Assembly (NCBI RefSeq): GCF_988242995.1
Contig: NZ_OZ547043.1
Strand: one strand, 5' to 3'
Length of the DNA stretch: 64,000 nucleotides
Below, piece by piece: positions 13,213 to 24,791 of the stretch (position 1 is its first letter; each line of letters begins with the position of its first letter). The notes under the pieces are model-generated. The model was not told the origin of the DNA. It saw only the letters and a list, made by a program, of their open reading frames with translations, and did no database searches. A program made the position numbers and the translations under genes.

Positions 13213-14475
13213 TTGATCATTATTCTGATCATCATGGTGGTCATTTCAGCCTATTTTTCCGGGTCCGAAACCGGAATGATGACCCTCAACCGCTATCGTC
13301 TGCGACATATGGCGAAACAGGGTAATCGCTCGGCCAAGCGCGTCGAAAAATTGCTGCGTAAGCCAGACCGCCTGATAAGCCTGGTATTAATCGGCAATAA
13401 CCTGGTCAATATTCTTGCCTCCGCGCTCGGCACTATTGTTGGGATGCGTTTGTACGGCGATGCGGGCGTGGCAATTGCGACTGGTGTGCTGACTTTTGTC
13501 GTACTGGTTTTTGCTGAGGTATTGCCGAAAACCATTGCCGCGCTGTACCCGGAAAAAGTCGCTTATCCGAGTAGTTTTCTGCTGGCTCCGCTGCAAATTT
13601 TGATGATGCCGCTGGTCTGGTTGCTGAATGCTATCACCCGTATGCTGATGCGCATGATGGGTATCAAAACCGATATCGTGGTTAGCGGCTCTTTGAGCAA
13701 AGAAGAGTTGCGCACTATCGTGCATGAGTCGCGCTCACAAATTTCCCGTCGCAATCAGGATATGCTGCTGTCTGTGCTCGATCTGGAAAAGATGACCGTT
13801 GATGACATCATGGTGCCGCGCAGTGAAATTATCGGTATTGATATCAACGATGACTGGAAATCGATTCTGCGCCAACTATCCCACTCACCTCACGGGCGCA
13901 TCGTGCTCTACCGTGATTCGCTGGACGACGCCATCAGTATGCTGCGAGTACGTGAAGCCTGGCGGTTGATGTCGGAGAAAAAAGAGTTCACCAAAGAAAC
14001 CATGCTGCGCGCCGCGGACGAGATCTATTTTGTCCCGGAAGGTACGCCCCTCAGCACGCAGTTGGTGAAGTTTCAGCGCAACAAAAAGAAAGTCGGCCTG
14101 GTCGTCAACGAATATGGAGACATTCAGGGGCTGGTGACGGTTGAAGATATTCTGGAAGAGATAGTTGGTGATTTCACCACGTCGATGTCGCCAACACTTG
14201 CCGAAGAAGTCACTCCGCAAAACGACGGTTCGGTGATTATTGATGGCACTGCCAACGTGCGGGAAATCAACAAAGCCTTTAACTGGCATCTACCGGAAGA
14301 TGATGCCCGCACGGTTAATGGCGTCATTCTTGAGGCACTGGAAGAGATCCCTGTCGCAGGCACCCGCGTGCGTATTGGCGAGTACGATATTGATATTCTC
14401 GACGTACAGGACAATATGATTAAGCAGGTAAAAGTTTTTCCTGTGAAACCGCTGCGCGAGAGTGTGGCGGAGTAA
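13213..14475 (+). CDS. yfjD: CNNM/CorC-family membrane protein (DUF21-CBS-CorC_HlyC)
   Basis: 420 aa ORF from a TTG at 13213; reading frame stays open upstream to a CTG at 13189 six nt after an AAGGAG RBS; true start uncertain. Confidence 0.8.
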   Translation: MIIILIIMVVISAYFSGSETGMMTLNRYRLRHMAKQGNRSAKRVEKLLRKPDRLISLVLIGNNLVNILASALGTIVGMRLYGDAGVAIATGVLTFVVLVFAEVLPKTIAALYPEKVAYPSSFLLAPLQILMMPLVWLLNAITRMLMRMMGIKTDIVVSGSLSKEELRTIVHESRSQISRRNQDMLLSVLDLEKMTVDDIMVPRSEIIGIDINDDWKSILRQLSHSPHGRIVLYRDSLDDAISMLRVREAWRLMSEKKEFTKETMLRAADEIYFVPEGTPLSTQLVKFQRNKKKVGLVVNEYGDIQGLVTVEDILEEIVGDFTTSMSPTLAEEVTPQNDGSVIIDGTANVREINKAFNWHLPEDDARTVNGVILEALEEIPVAGTRVRIGEYDIDILDVQDNMIKQVKVFPVKPLRESVAE

Positions 14476-14529
14476 CGAAAACGGCCCTGCATTCGCATGC
14501 AGGGCCGTGAATTATTACGAAAACAGAAA

Positions 14530-15156
<627 letters not shown>

Positions 15157-15245
15157 CTAACTTCGCTTATTATGGGGATCAGTTTCAGGGTTTCAAGGGA
15201 AGCACTCACATTGTCATCAATCTTCGCAACAAGGACCTCGGAAAA

Positions 15246-16124
15246 ATGAATAATCATTTCAAGTGTATTGGCATTGTGGGACACCCACGGCACCCCACTG
15301 CACTGACAACACATGAAATGCTCTACCGCTGGCTGTGCACAAAAGGTTACGAGGTCATCGTTGAGCAACAAATCGCTCACGAACTGCAACTGAAGAATGT
15401 GAAAACTGGCACGCTCGCGGAGATTGGGCAACAGGCTGATCTCGCGGTTGTCGTTGGCGGCGACGGTAATATGCTGGGCGCGGCGCGCACGCTCGCCCGT
15501 TACGATATTAAAGTTATTGGAATCAACCGTGGCAACCTGGGTTTCCTGACCGACCTTGATCCCGATAACGCCCAGCAACAGTTAGCCGATGTGCTGGAAG
15601 GCCACTACATCAGCGAAAAACGTTTTTTGCTGGAAGCGCAAGTCTGTCAGCAAGATTGCCAGAAACGCATCAGCACGGCGATTAACGAAGTGGTACTTCA
15701 CCCTGGCAAAGTGGCGCATATGATTGAGTTCGAAGTGTATATCGACGAGATCTTTGCGTTTTCTCAGCGTTCTGATGGCCTGATTATTTCGACGCCAACA
15801 GGTTCCACCGCTTATTCCCTCTCAGCGGGAGGTCCGATTCTGACACCGTCTCTGGATGCGATTACCCTGGTGCCCATGTTCCCGCATACGTTGTCAGCAC
15901 GACCACTGGTTATAAACAGCAGCAGCACGATCCGTCTGCGTTTTTCGCATCGCCGTAACGACCTGGAAATCAGTTGCGACAGCCAGATAGCACTACCTAT
16001 TCAGGAAGGTGAAGATGTCTTGATTCGTCGCTGTGATTACCATCTGAATCTAATTCATCCGAAAGATTACAGTTATTTCAATACATTAAGCACCAAACTC
16101 GGCTGGTCAAAAAAATTATTCTAA
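15246..16124 (+). CDS. nadK: NAD kinase
   Basis: 292 aa ORF with [11 protein letters not shown] motif. Confidence 0.95.
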
Positions 16125-16209
16125 TTTTACGCCAGCCTCTTTACTGTATATAAAACCAGTTTATACTGTACACAATAACAGTAATGGTTTTTCATACAGG
16201 AAAACAACT

Positions 16210-17871
16210 ATGTTGGCACAACTGACCATCAGCAACTTTGCTATCGTTCGTGAGCTTGAGATTGATTTTCATAGCGGCATGACCGTAATAACTGGCGAGA
16301 CCGGCGCGGGTAAATCTATTGCAATAGATGCCCTCGGCCTTTGTCTCGGTGGTCGCGCTGAAGCCGACATGGTGCGTACCGGCGCTGCTCGTGCCGACCT
16401 GTGCGCCCGTTTTTCACTGAAAGATACGCCAGCGGCTCTGCGCTGGCTGGAAGAAAACCAACTGGAAGATGGCCGTGAATGTCTGCTTCGTCGCGTAATC
16501 AGCAGCGATGGTCGCTCACGAGGTTTTATCAACGGTACAGCTGTTCCTCTGTCACAACTGCGCGAACTAGGTCAGTTGCTGATTCAGATCCATGGTCAGC
16601 ATGCTCATCAGTTACTTACCAAACCCGAGCACCAAAAATTCCTTCTTGATGGCTATGCCAATGAAACCTCTCTGCTCCAGGAAATGACCGCACGTTATCA
16701 GTTGTGGCATCAAAGCTGCCGTGACCTCGCGCATCATCAACAGTTAAGTCAGGAACGTGCTGCCCGTGCGGAATTGCTGCAATACCAATTAAAAGAACTT
16801 AACGAATTTAATCCGCAGCCCGGAGAGTTTGAGCAAATCGACGAAGAGTACAAACGTCTGGCGAATAGCGGCCAATTACTGACCACCAGCCAGAATGCAT
16901 TGGCATTAATGGCCGATGGTGAAGACGCAAACCTGCAAAGTCAGCTTTACACGGCTAAACAACTGGTGAGCGAATTGATTGGCATGGACAGCAAACTGTC
17001 CGGCGTACTTGATATGCTGGAAGAAGCTACCATCCAGATTGCTGAAGCCAGCGATGAACTGCGCCACTACTGCGATCGTCTGGATCTCGATCCCAACCGA
17101 CTGTTTGAACTTGAACAGCGCATCTCAAAACAGATTTCGCTGGCACGTAAACATCACGTCAGCCCTGAGGCATTGCCACAGTATTACCAGTCGCTACTGG
17201 AAGAACAGCAGCAACTGGACGATCAGGCCGACTCACAAGAAACGCTCGCGCTGGCGGTAACGAAACATCATCAGCAGGCACTGGAAACCGCGCACGCATT
17301 ACACCAGCAACGCCAGCACTATGCAGAAGAACTTGCACAGCTGATCACCGACAGTATGCATGCACTCTCTATGCCGCATGGGCAGTTTACGATTGATGTT
17401 AAATTTGACGAGCATCACCTGGGCGCTGACGGCGCTGATCGTATTGAGTTTCGGGTAACCACCAACCCAGGTCAGCCAATGCAGCCTATTGCCAAAGTTG
17501 CATCCGGTGGTGAATTGTCCCGCATCGCATTGGCAATTCAGGTCATCACGGCGCGTAAAATGGAAACCCCGGCACTGATTTTTGATGAAGTGGATGTAGG
17601 GATTAGCGGTCCAACAGCGGCAGTTGTCGGCAAACTGCTGCGTCAACTTGGCGAATCAACTCAGGTGATGTGTGTTACCCACCTGCCACAAGTCGCGGGA
17701 TGTGGTCATCAACACTATTTTGTCAGCAAAGAAACCGATGGTGCGATGACAGAAACGCATATGCAATCCCTGGATAAAAAAGCGCGGTTACAAGAGCTGG
17801 CGCGCCTGCTTGGTGGCAGTGAAGTCACACGTAACACACTGGCGAATGCGAAAGAACTACTTGCGGCGTAA
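16210..17871 (+). CDS. recN: DNA repair protein RecN (SMC-like ATPase)
   Basis: 553 aa ORF; Walker A GETGAGKS; coiled-coil middle. Confidence 0.97.
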   Translation: MLAQLTISNFAIVRELEIDFHSGMTVITGETGAGKSIAIDALGLCLGGRAEADMVRTGAARADLCARFSLKDTPAALRWLEENQLEDGRECLLRRVISSDGRSRGFINGTAVPLSQLRELGQLLIQIHGQHAHQLLTKPEHQKFLLDGYANETSLLQEMTARYQLWHQSCRDLAHHQQLSQERAARAELLQYQLKELNEFNPQPGEFEQIDEEYKRLANSGQLLTTSQNALALMADGEDANLQSQLYTAKQLVSELIGMDSKLSGVLDMLEEATIQIAEASDELRHYCDRLDLDPNRLFELEQRISKQISLARKHHVSPEALPQYYQSLLEEQQQLDDQADSQETLALAVTKHHQQALETAHALHQQRQHYAEELAQLITDSMHALSMPHGQFTIDVKFDEHHLGADGADRIEFRVTTNPGQPMQPIAKVASGGELSRIALAIQVITARKMETPALIFDEVDVGISGPTAAVVGKLLRQLGESTQVMCVTHLPQVAGCGHQHYFVSKETDGAMTETHMQSLDKKARLQELARLLGGSEVTRNTLANAKELLAA

Positions 17872-18019
17872 ACTTTTTTCCTGCTTCACGGTCAGAGTAA
17901 ACAGCAAAACGCCGTAAGACCGGAAAGCAAAAGGTTTTAAAGTGATGAAAGGTCTATTATCATCGGCATATTACAGATGAGCCACGTACTGCTCGGGCCC
18001 GAAAAGGAATCAAATCACT

Positions 18020-18361
18020 ATGCGCTGTAAAACGCTGACTGCTGCAGCAGCAGTACTATTGATGTTGACCGCAGGCTGTTCCACTCTGGAGCGAGTGGTT
18101 TACCGTCCTGACATCAACCAGGGGAACTATCTGACCGCTAACGACGTATCCAAAATACGTGTTGGCATGACGCAACAACAAGTTGCGTACGCATTGGGTA
18201 CACCGCTGATGTCCGATCCATTTGGTACGAATACCTGGTTCTATGTCTTCCGCCAGCAACCAGGTCATGAAGGTGTAACGCAGCAAACGCTGACGCTGAC
18301 CTTTAACAGTAGCGGAGTGTTGACCAACATTGATAATAAACCTGCGCTGAGTGGTAACTAA
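18020..18361 (+). CDS. bamE: Outer membrane protein assembly factor BamE (SmpA)
   Basis: 113 aa ORF with lipobox LTAGC. Confidence 0.92.
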
Positions 18362-18421
18362 TCATAAAGTTGCCCTCAAAGACGTTAAAAAGGTGCTCAA
18401 TGAGCACCTTTTTTCTGTCTG

Positions 18422-18712
18422 TTATTTATTCGCTGATTTTTCTGCTCGTTGCCTGCGCAGCTCTTTCGGATCGGCAATGAGAGGACGATAAATCTCCACC
18501 CGATCGCCATCATGCACAATATCGCTGAGTTTTGCCGGACGGCTGTAAATGCCGACTTTGTTTTTAGTTAAATCGATATCGGTACGCAATTCCAGCAAGC
18601 CACTGGCACGAATAGCTTCTTCAACCGTCGCACCCTCCTGCAGCGTCACGCGCTGCAGGTACTGCTTCTCAGGTAGCGCATAAGCCACCTCAACGGCAAT
18701 TTTACCTGGCAC
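18422..18712 (-). CDS. ratB: RnfH-family protein YfjF (RatB)
   Basis: Start chosen at GTG (…[18 protein letters not shown]) giving 96 aa; ORF track extends 28 codons upstream. Confidence 0.8.
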
Positions 18713-19178
18713 TGTAAACCTCTTTCGCACGAACCGTAAAAGCCTGGACCATATTAGCCGCCAGCTCTTTAAACACGCGACCAAAGGCGAGTTCAATCAA
18801 CTTATTGGTAAACTCAAAGTCGAGATGAAACTCGATACGACACGCCTCCTGGCTCAGCGGCGTAAACTTCCATCCACCGATCAATTTCTTGAACGGCCCA
18901 TCCACCAGATTCATAAGAATACTTTGGTTACTGGTCAACTGGTTGCGGGTAGTAAACGTTTTGCTGATCCCAGCCTTAGAGACATCTACCGCTGCAGTCA
19001 TCTGCCCAGGAGTGGACTCCAGAATCCGACTTCCGGTACAACCCGGCAAAAACTGAGGATAAGACTGAACGTCATTCACTAACTGATACATTTGCTCCGC
19101 GCTGTAGGGTACCAGTGCGGTCCGGCTAATCTGAGGCATAACAATTTCCATCAACAAAAATCCAACAAATAATATCAT
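18702..19178 (-). CDS. ratA: Ribosome association toxin RatA (YfjG, SRPBCC family)
   Basis: 158 aa ORF; overlaps ratB start; synteny upstream of smpB. Confidence 0.9.
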
Positions 19179-19309
19179 TTATCCTGCTGTAAAAAAAACG
19201 CTATCCCGGCGCTGGGTAACATCGGGTTCATGCTAAGATAGAGCCTTGTCCCCCGCAGGATTGATATGGGGTGTTTTCGATTTCAGATTACCGATGATTC
19301 ACGACGCTT

Positions 19310-19792
19310 ATGACGAAGAAAAAAGCACATAAACCTGGTTCAGCGACCATCGCGCTTAACAAGCGCGCCCGGCACGAATACTTTATCGAAGAAGAGTTCG
19401 AAGCGGGACTTGCCCTGCAAGGCTGGGAGGTTAAATCCCTGCGCGCAGGAAAAGCCAATATCAGCGACAGCTACGTCCTTCTACGTGATGGAGAAGCATT
19501 TCTGTTTGGCGCTAACATCACGCCAATGGCTGTGGCCTCCACGCATGTGGTGTGCGATCCTACCCGTACCCGCAAGTTACTTCTCAACCAGCGCGAACTG
19601 GACTCATTGTACGGTCGCGTCAATCGAGAAGGCTATACCGTAGTGGCGCTCTCCCTGTACTGGAAAAATGCCTGGTGCAAAGTGAAAATCGGCGTCGCCA
19701 AAGGTAAGAAACAGCACGATAAACGTTCAGATATCAAAGAACGCGAATGGCAGGTGGATAAAGCGCGTATCATGAAAAACGCCCACCGTTAA
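19310..19792 (+). CDS. smpB: SsrA-binding protein SmpB
   Basis: 160 aa [37 protein letters not shown]... Confidence 0.97.
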
Positions 19793-20006
19793 ACCTGCAC
19801 TGCAATTATTGACCCGCTCCTCACCGCGCCTCCCTCTCCGGCGGCGCGAATGCACATCTTATTGGCTATCACATCCGACACAAATGTTGCCATCCCATTG
19901 CTTAATCGAATAAAAATCAGGCTACATGGGTGCTAAATCTTTAACGATAACGCCATTGAGGCTGGTCATGGCACTCATGAATCTGGTATACTTACCGTTA
20001 CACATT

Positions 20007-20369
20007 GGGGCTGATTCTGGATTCGACGGGATTTGCGAAACCCAAGGTGCATGCCGAGGGGCGGTTGGCCTCGTAAAAAGCCGCAAAAAATAGTCGCAAA
20101 CGACGAAAACTACGCTTTAGCAGCTTAATAACCTGCTTAGAGCCCTCTCTCCCTAGCCTCCGCTCTTAGGACGGGGATCAAGAGAGGTCAAACCCAAAAG
20201 AGATCGCGTGGAAGCCCTGCCTGGGGTTGAAGCGTTAAAACTTAATCAGGCTAGTTTGTTAGTGGCGTGTCCGTCCGCAGCTGGCAAGCGAATGTAAAGA
20301 CTGACTAAGCATGTAGTACCGAGGATGTAGGAATTTCGGACGCGGGTTCAACTCCCGCCAGCTCCACCA
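20007..20369 (+). ncRNA. ssrA: tmRNA (transfer-messenger RNA)
   Basis: Begins ggggctgattctggattcgacggg, contains tag-peptide reading frame (…gcaaacgacgaaaactacgctttagcagcttaa), ends …gggttcaactcccgccagctccacca. Confidence 0.97.
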
Positions 20370-20402
20370 CTTGCTCTTCCGGATACGTCCGGAGAAATCC
20401 TG

Positions 20403-20437
20403 AAAGCCCGCATGGCGCAAGCCCTGTGGGCTTTTTT
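20403..20437 (+). terminator. Probable ssrA terminator
   Basis: aaagccc…gggcttt inverted repeat followed by T-run just 3' of ssrA. Confidence 0.5.
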
Positions 20438-20480
20438 GTGTCTACCGTTGTCCGAGGATATCCAGCTGAGTCCAGTGATT

Positions 20481-20534
20481 ATTGGTATACGTTTAGGTAT
20501 ACGGTAAGATGTATACCTAAATGCGTATACCAAT
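20481..20534. repeat. Imperfect 54-bp palindrome of GGTATACGTTTAGGTATAC motifs upstream of int (candidate Int arm-type / operator sites)
   Basis: attggtatacgtttaggtatac … gtatacctaaatgcgtataccaat; same motif recurs at 32027-32049 near attR. Confidence 0.55.
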
Positions 20535-20553
20535 TCATGAAGGAACGGCCAAA

Positions 20554-21753
20554 GTGGCAAGAACGACACGTCCCCTGACCAACACTGAAGTTCTGCGCGC
20601 TAAAGCGTTAGAAAAGGATCTAACGTTGCATGATGGCGATGGCCTTTTTCTGCTCGTTAAAACGAACGGTAAGAAATTATGGCGTTTCCGCTACCAAAAG
20701 CCAGTAACAAAACAGCGGACCATGATTAGTTTAGGAACCTTCCCTGCACTATCCTTGGCTGAAATCAGAAATGTGCGAGCTAAGTATCTTTCCTTGTTAG
20801 CCAAGGGGATCGATCCACAAACACACAATGAACAAGTCACACAACAACAACAAATTGCAGTAGAAAGTATTTTTTCAAACGTTGCTAAAAATTGGTTTGC
20901 CATTAAACGCAATAGCGTTACACCTGATTATGCAAAGGATATATGGCGATCCTTAGAGAAGGACATTTTCCCTGCTATCGGAGAGATTCCTGTTCAGGAA
21001 ATAAAAGCACGTATATTAATTGAAGCCCTAGAACCAATTAAGGCCCGCGGTGCACTCGAGACTGTTCGTCGTTTGGTGCAACGTATTAACGAAATTATGA
21101 TCTACGCTGTCAATACCGGATTAATTGAGGCTAATCCTGCGTCAGGTATTGGCATGGCTTTTGATAAACCCAAAAAGCAAAATTTGCCAACGCTGCGGCC
21201 AGAAGAATTACCTAAACTGATGCATTCTCTAGTAATGTCAAACCTGTCTATTCCTACTCGTTGTCTGATCGAATGGCAACTACTGACACTCGTTCGCCCT
21301 TCAGAAGCCTCTGGCGCCCGCTGGGATGAGATCGATTTAGAATCCAAACTTTGGAGAATTCCTGCTGAAAGGATGAAAGCAAAGCGCGAACATATAGTTC
21401 CTTTATCATCTCAAGCTTTAATTATTCTTGAAGTAATGAAACCCATAAGTGCTCATCGTGAACATATATTTCCTAGCAGGAATAACCCTCAAGAACCGAT
21501 GAATAGCCAAACAGCAAATGCAGCATTAAAACGCATAGGGTACGGAGGAAAGTTAGTTGCACATGGACTCCGTTCTATTGCCAGCACTGCATTAAATGAA
21601 GCCGAATTTAATTCTGACATTATTGAATCAGCTCTTGCACATGTTGATAAAAATGAGGTGAGAAGAGCATATAACCGCTCCACTTATCTTGATAAACGTA
21701 AAGAGATGATGGCTTGGTGGGGAAATTTTATATATAAAAATAATTCATTATAA
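20554..21753 (+). CDS. int: Tyrosine recombinase, P4-type integrase
   Basis: Start chosen at GTG after aggaa RBS giving 399 aa (…ARTTRPLTNTEVLRAKA…), typical of P4-family integrases; ORF track starts at 20521; C-terminal catalytic region (HGLRS…, …Y). Confidence 0.88.
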   Translation: MARTTRPLTNTEVLRAKALEKDLTLHDGDGLFLLVKTNGKKLWRFRYQKPVTKQRTMISLGTFPALSLAEIRNVRAKYLSLLAKGIDPQTHNEQVTQQQQIAVESIFSNVAKNWFAIKRNSVTPDYAKDIWRSLEKDIFPAIGEIPVQEIKARILIEALEPIKARGALETVRRLVQRINEIMIYAVNTGLIEANPASGIGMAFDKPKKQNLPTLRPEELPKLMHSLVMSNLSIPTRCLIEWQLLTLVRPSEASGARWDEIDLESKLWRIPAERMKAKREHIVPLSSQALIILEVMKPISAHREHIFPSRNNPQEPMNSQTANAALKRIGYGGKLVAHGLRSIASTALNEAEFNSDIIESALAHVDKNEVRRAYNRSTYLDKRKEMMAWWGNFIYKNNSL

Positions 21754-21764
21754 AAGGTATTACA

Positions 21765-22799
21765 ATGAATATTGATTCTATAAAACTTCATTTACAAAAT
21801 TTTTTCACAAATAATCCAACTGTTCTTATCGGTTCTGGCCTCTCTCTCGGTGAGGGGATTCCAGGTATGAAAACATTGGGAGAACATCTTAATACAACTA
21901 TCCCCAAATTAGTAAGCGGGGATCTTATAAGAGAATGGGGTATCATAAGTTCCAAACTAAATAATGGTATGGGACTTGAAGATGCCATGGCATTTCTTAA
22001 AGATGAAAGTGAACTTATCCCATTAATTATTCAGCACACCGCAGATCTTATTTTAAAGCATGAAAATACTGTAATATGCTCTGTAATCAATGGAGAAAAA
22101 AATCTAGCATTTACATCTTTATTGAATCACTTAACTTTTAATCAAAATGAATTGATAATTATAACTCCAAACTATGATAGACTAATTGAAATAGCATGTG
22201 AAATTGCTGGTCTAGAAATTTCAACAGGATTTATCAATAGTTATCATTGTATAAATAATCCTGAAGTTGAGTTAGATAAATTCAAAATCACCCACTCTAT
22301 CAAAACCACACGAGGTAAATCTACAGTTCAAATTAGAACTAAAAAACACGTTAAAATATTTAAACCTCATGGTAGTCTTGATTGGTTCAAGGCTGACGAT
22401 AAAATTATCAGGACCAGCTTTCAAAATAAACATAAAAGATTAATTATTACACCAGGTACAAGTAAATTCAGAGCTGGATATCAGCAGCCTTTTGATTGGC
22501 ATAGAGAAAAAGCAAACCATTATATCAAAAGAGCAAAATCACTATTAATTATTGGCTATGGGTTTAATGATGAGCAGTTAGAAGTACATTTGAAATCAAA
22601 AATACGTGAAAAAATACCTGTTTTATTAATGACATATGAATTGACATCAAACGCTCAAAAAATATGTGATGATAATCCTTCTATAACATATGTTATTGCA
22701 GAAGGAAACAATTCCATCGTTTGTATCGATGGCATTAAATATAAAATCGAAAAGAATATTTGGTCTTTAAATGAGTTTGTTAAAGAGGTACTTAAATAA
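21765..22799 (+). CDS. SIR2-like (NAD-binding/NADase family) protein, putative defence effector
   Basis: 344 aa; Rossmann-like VLIGSGLS, TPNYD and KPHGSL motifs as in SIR2/DUF4020 defence proteins; AT-rich; 11 bp after int stop. Confidence 0.75.
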   Translation: MNIDSIKLHLQNFFTNNPTVLIGSGLSLGEGIPGMKTLGEHLNTTIPKLVSGDLIREWGIISSKLNNGMGLEDAMAFLKDESELIPLIIQHTADLILKHENTVICSVINGEKNLAFTSLLNHLTFNQNELIIITPNYDRLIEIACEIAGLEISTGFINSYHCINNPEVELDKFKITHSIKTTRGKSTVQIRTKKHVKIFKPHGSLDWFKADDKIIRTSFQNKHKRLIITPGTSKFRAGYQQPFDWHREKANHYIKRAKSLLIIGYGFNDEQLEVHLKSKIREKIPVLLMTYELTSNAQKICDDNPSITYVIAEGNNSIVCIDGIKYKIEKNIWSLNEFVKEVLK

Positions 22800-24583
22800 T
22801 GGAATATTACGTCATTAACACTGATGAAACATGCTTTATCGGACGAATCGCAAATGTTGATACCGATCGTGCTATTATCATTTCAGAGTCTCCAGAGATC
22901 ATACAAGAACTAACCGTTTTTGACTTGGTTGCTATTGAAGGCAATACCCCCACAGAGTTTCTTGTTGGTATCATTGAAAAAGTAAAACGCTCTATTGGAG
23001 AAATACAAACTATTGATACTGAAGAAAATATTGAAGATGACAGTGAAAAAGATTTCGATAATATCTTCCAAACTTATTCTATCGATCATGATATTCTTCA
23101 AGTAGCTCTTATCGGCACTTTCTGGGAGGTTTACGGGGATAGAAGGAAAATTTTTAAAAGAGGAGCACAATATTTTCCAAAAGTTGAAAAACAAGCATTT
23201 CTTATAAAAAAAGACAGTCTTGAGAAATTAATGTCGGCAGTCGACAATGATACTCCTGATGAGCTAAAACTCATACTAGGCAACTATGGAAATACCAATT
23301 CACGAGCAGTTGCAAATGGGGATAAATTATTTCAGAGACATGCTGCCCTATTGGGGAGTACTGGTTCAGGTAAAAGTTGGACAGTTGCGTCATTACTAGA
23401 ACAAGCCTCAAAATTAAAATACAACAATATTGTACTTTATGATCTTCATGGTGAATACAAAACTTTATCTGATACACATAATAAATCGAACCGCCCGAGC
23501 ATAGCCGATTATTTTAAAATTGCAAGCCCAGGAAATATCGACGATGTAAATAGTATTTATGTACCTCATTGGTTATTAAACAAAGAAGAAATGCTATCAC
23601 TGTTGTTAGATAGAAGCGATAGCAATGCACCTAATCAGGCAGCAAGATTTAGCTACCACGTGAGAGAGCTAAAAAAAGAATACATCACACACAACAGATT
23701 AATACACTTAGAAGATTGTTTGACTGTTGATGCTCCAATACCCTACTCTATCGAGGATCTTATTAGCAGACTGCACGATGATGATCAAGGTATGAAAAAA
23801 GGTACTAATAATAAAGAAATAAAAGGTGATTGGAATGGAAAACTAACAAGATTCATAAGCAGGTTAAGAACAAAAGTAGACGACAAGAGGAACTGTTTTC
23901 TATTCTCAAATAAACCAGAACACAACCAATATGATTGGTTGGAGAAATACGCTTGTAAAATTTTAAAATCAGATAGCACAGATCATGGCATTAAAATAAT
24001 TGATTTTTCTGAAGTTCCTTCAGATATTATGCCTATTGTTATTGGTGTATTGACCAGATTTTTATACAACGTCCAATTTTGGAGATGTGAGACCGAACGA
24101 ACCCCTATAGCATTCGTTTGTGACGAAGCTCATATTTATTTACCCGCTAAGGATACCACTGAGGCTGAAACAAAAATATCCTTATCAATATTCGAGAAAA
24201 TTGCTAAAGAAGGCAGAAAGTACGGAGTATCTTTATTAGTCGTCAGCCAAAGACCTTCTGATGTTAGCAGAACAATACTAAGTCAATGTAATAACATAAT
24301 TTCTCTCAGACTAAGTAATTATAGAGATCAACAGGTAGTTAGTCGGTTAATGCCTGATTCATTGAGTTCATTAACATCCATACTACCAATTCTTGATACT
24401 GGGGAAGCAATAGTTCTTGGCGACTCTGTTCTATTACCAGCTAGAATAAAATTGAATCCACCAACACTCAAGCCCGATAGCGCAACCAGAGCTTTTTGGA
24501 ATGAGTGGGGGGCAATTGAAGCAAAAGAAATCTCTATAGCAAATGCTGTTGAATCACTCAGGAGACAATCTCGTAATCGCTAA
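22799..24583 (+). CDS. HerA-like P-loop ATPase (FtsK/HerA superfamily), partner of the SIR2 protein
   Basis: 594 aa; Walker A GSTGSGKS, Walker B FVCDEAH; start overlaps SIR2 stop (TAATG). Confidence 0.75.
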   Translation: MEYYVINTDETCFIGRIANVDTDRAIIISESPEIIQELTVFDLVAIEGNTPTEFLVGIIEKVKRSIGEIQTIDTEENIEDDSEKDFDNIFQTYSIDHDILQVALIGTFWEVYGDRRKIFKRGAQYFPKVEKQAFLIKKDSLEKLMSAVDNDTPDELKLILGNYGNTNSRAVANGDKLFQRHAALLGSTGSGKSWTVASLLEQASKLKYNNIVLYDLHGEYKTLSDTHNKSNRPSIADYFKIASPGNIDDVNSIYVPHWLLNKEEMLSLLLDRSDSNAPNQAARFSYHVRELKKEYITHNRLIHLEDCLTVDAPIPYSIEDLISRLHDDDQGMKKGTNNKEIKGDWNGKLTRFISRLRTKVDDKRNCFLFSNKPEHNQYDWLEKYACKILKSDSTDHGIKIIDFSEVPSDIMPIVIGVLTRFLYNVQFWRCETERTPIAFVCDEAHIYLPAKDTTEAETKISLSIFEKIAKEGRKYGVSLLVVSQRPSDVSRTILSQCNNIISLRLSNYRDQQVVSRLMPDSLSSLTSILPILDTGEAIVLGDSVLLPARIKLNPPTLKPDSATRAFWNEWGAIEAKEISIANAVESLRRQSRNR

Positions 24584-24608
24584 TAAAAATATTATCTAGC
24601 AACGCGCA

Positions 24609-24627
24609 GTGCTTTCCCCGCCTCGCC
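24609..24627 (-). other. P2/P4-type cos site (19-nt cohesive end sequence)
   Basis: gtgctttccccgcctcgcc is the exact reverse complement of the recalled P2/P4 cohesive end GGCGAGGCGGGGAAAGCAC. Confidence 0.75.
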
Positions 24628-24727
24628 CGCCCGCTTTGCGGGGCGGTTTCAGTGCAGTTGCACTGACACGCTCAGGCCGCGCCGGGAATGGCGCGGTCTG
24701 CAGAAAATGAGGCAGGAAAACGCATGC

Positions 24728-24762
24728 AAAGCCATGCACCTTATCGATGCATGGCTTTTTTC
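24728..24762 (+). terminator. Rho-independent terminator between cargo operon and psu
   Basis: gccatgca-ccttatcga-tgcatggc hairpin followed by TTTTTT. Confidence 0.6.
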
Positions 24763-24791
24763 AGTAAAAACGGGCGGATTTTCGGGGAATT

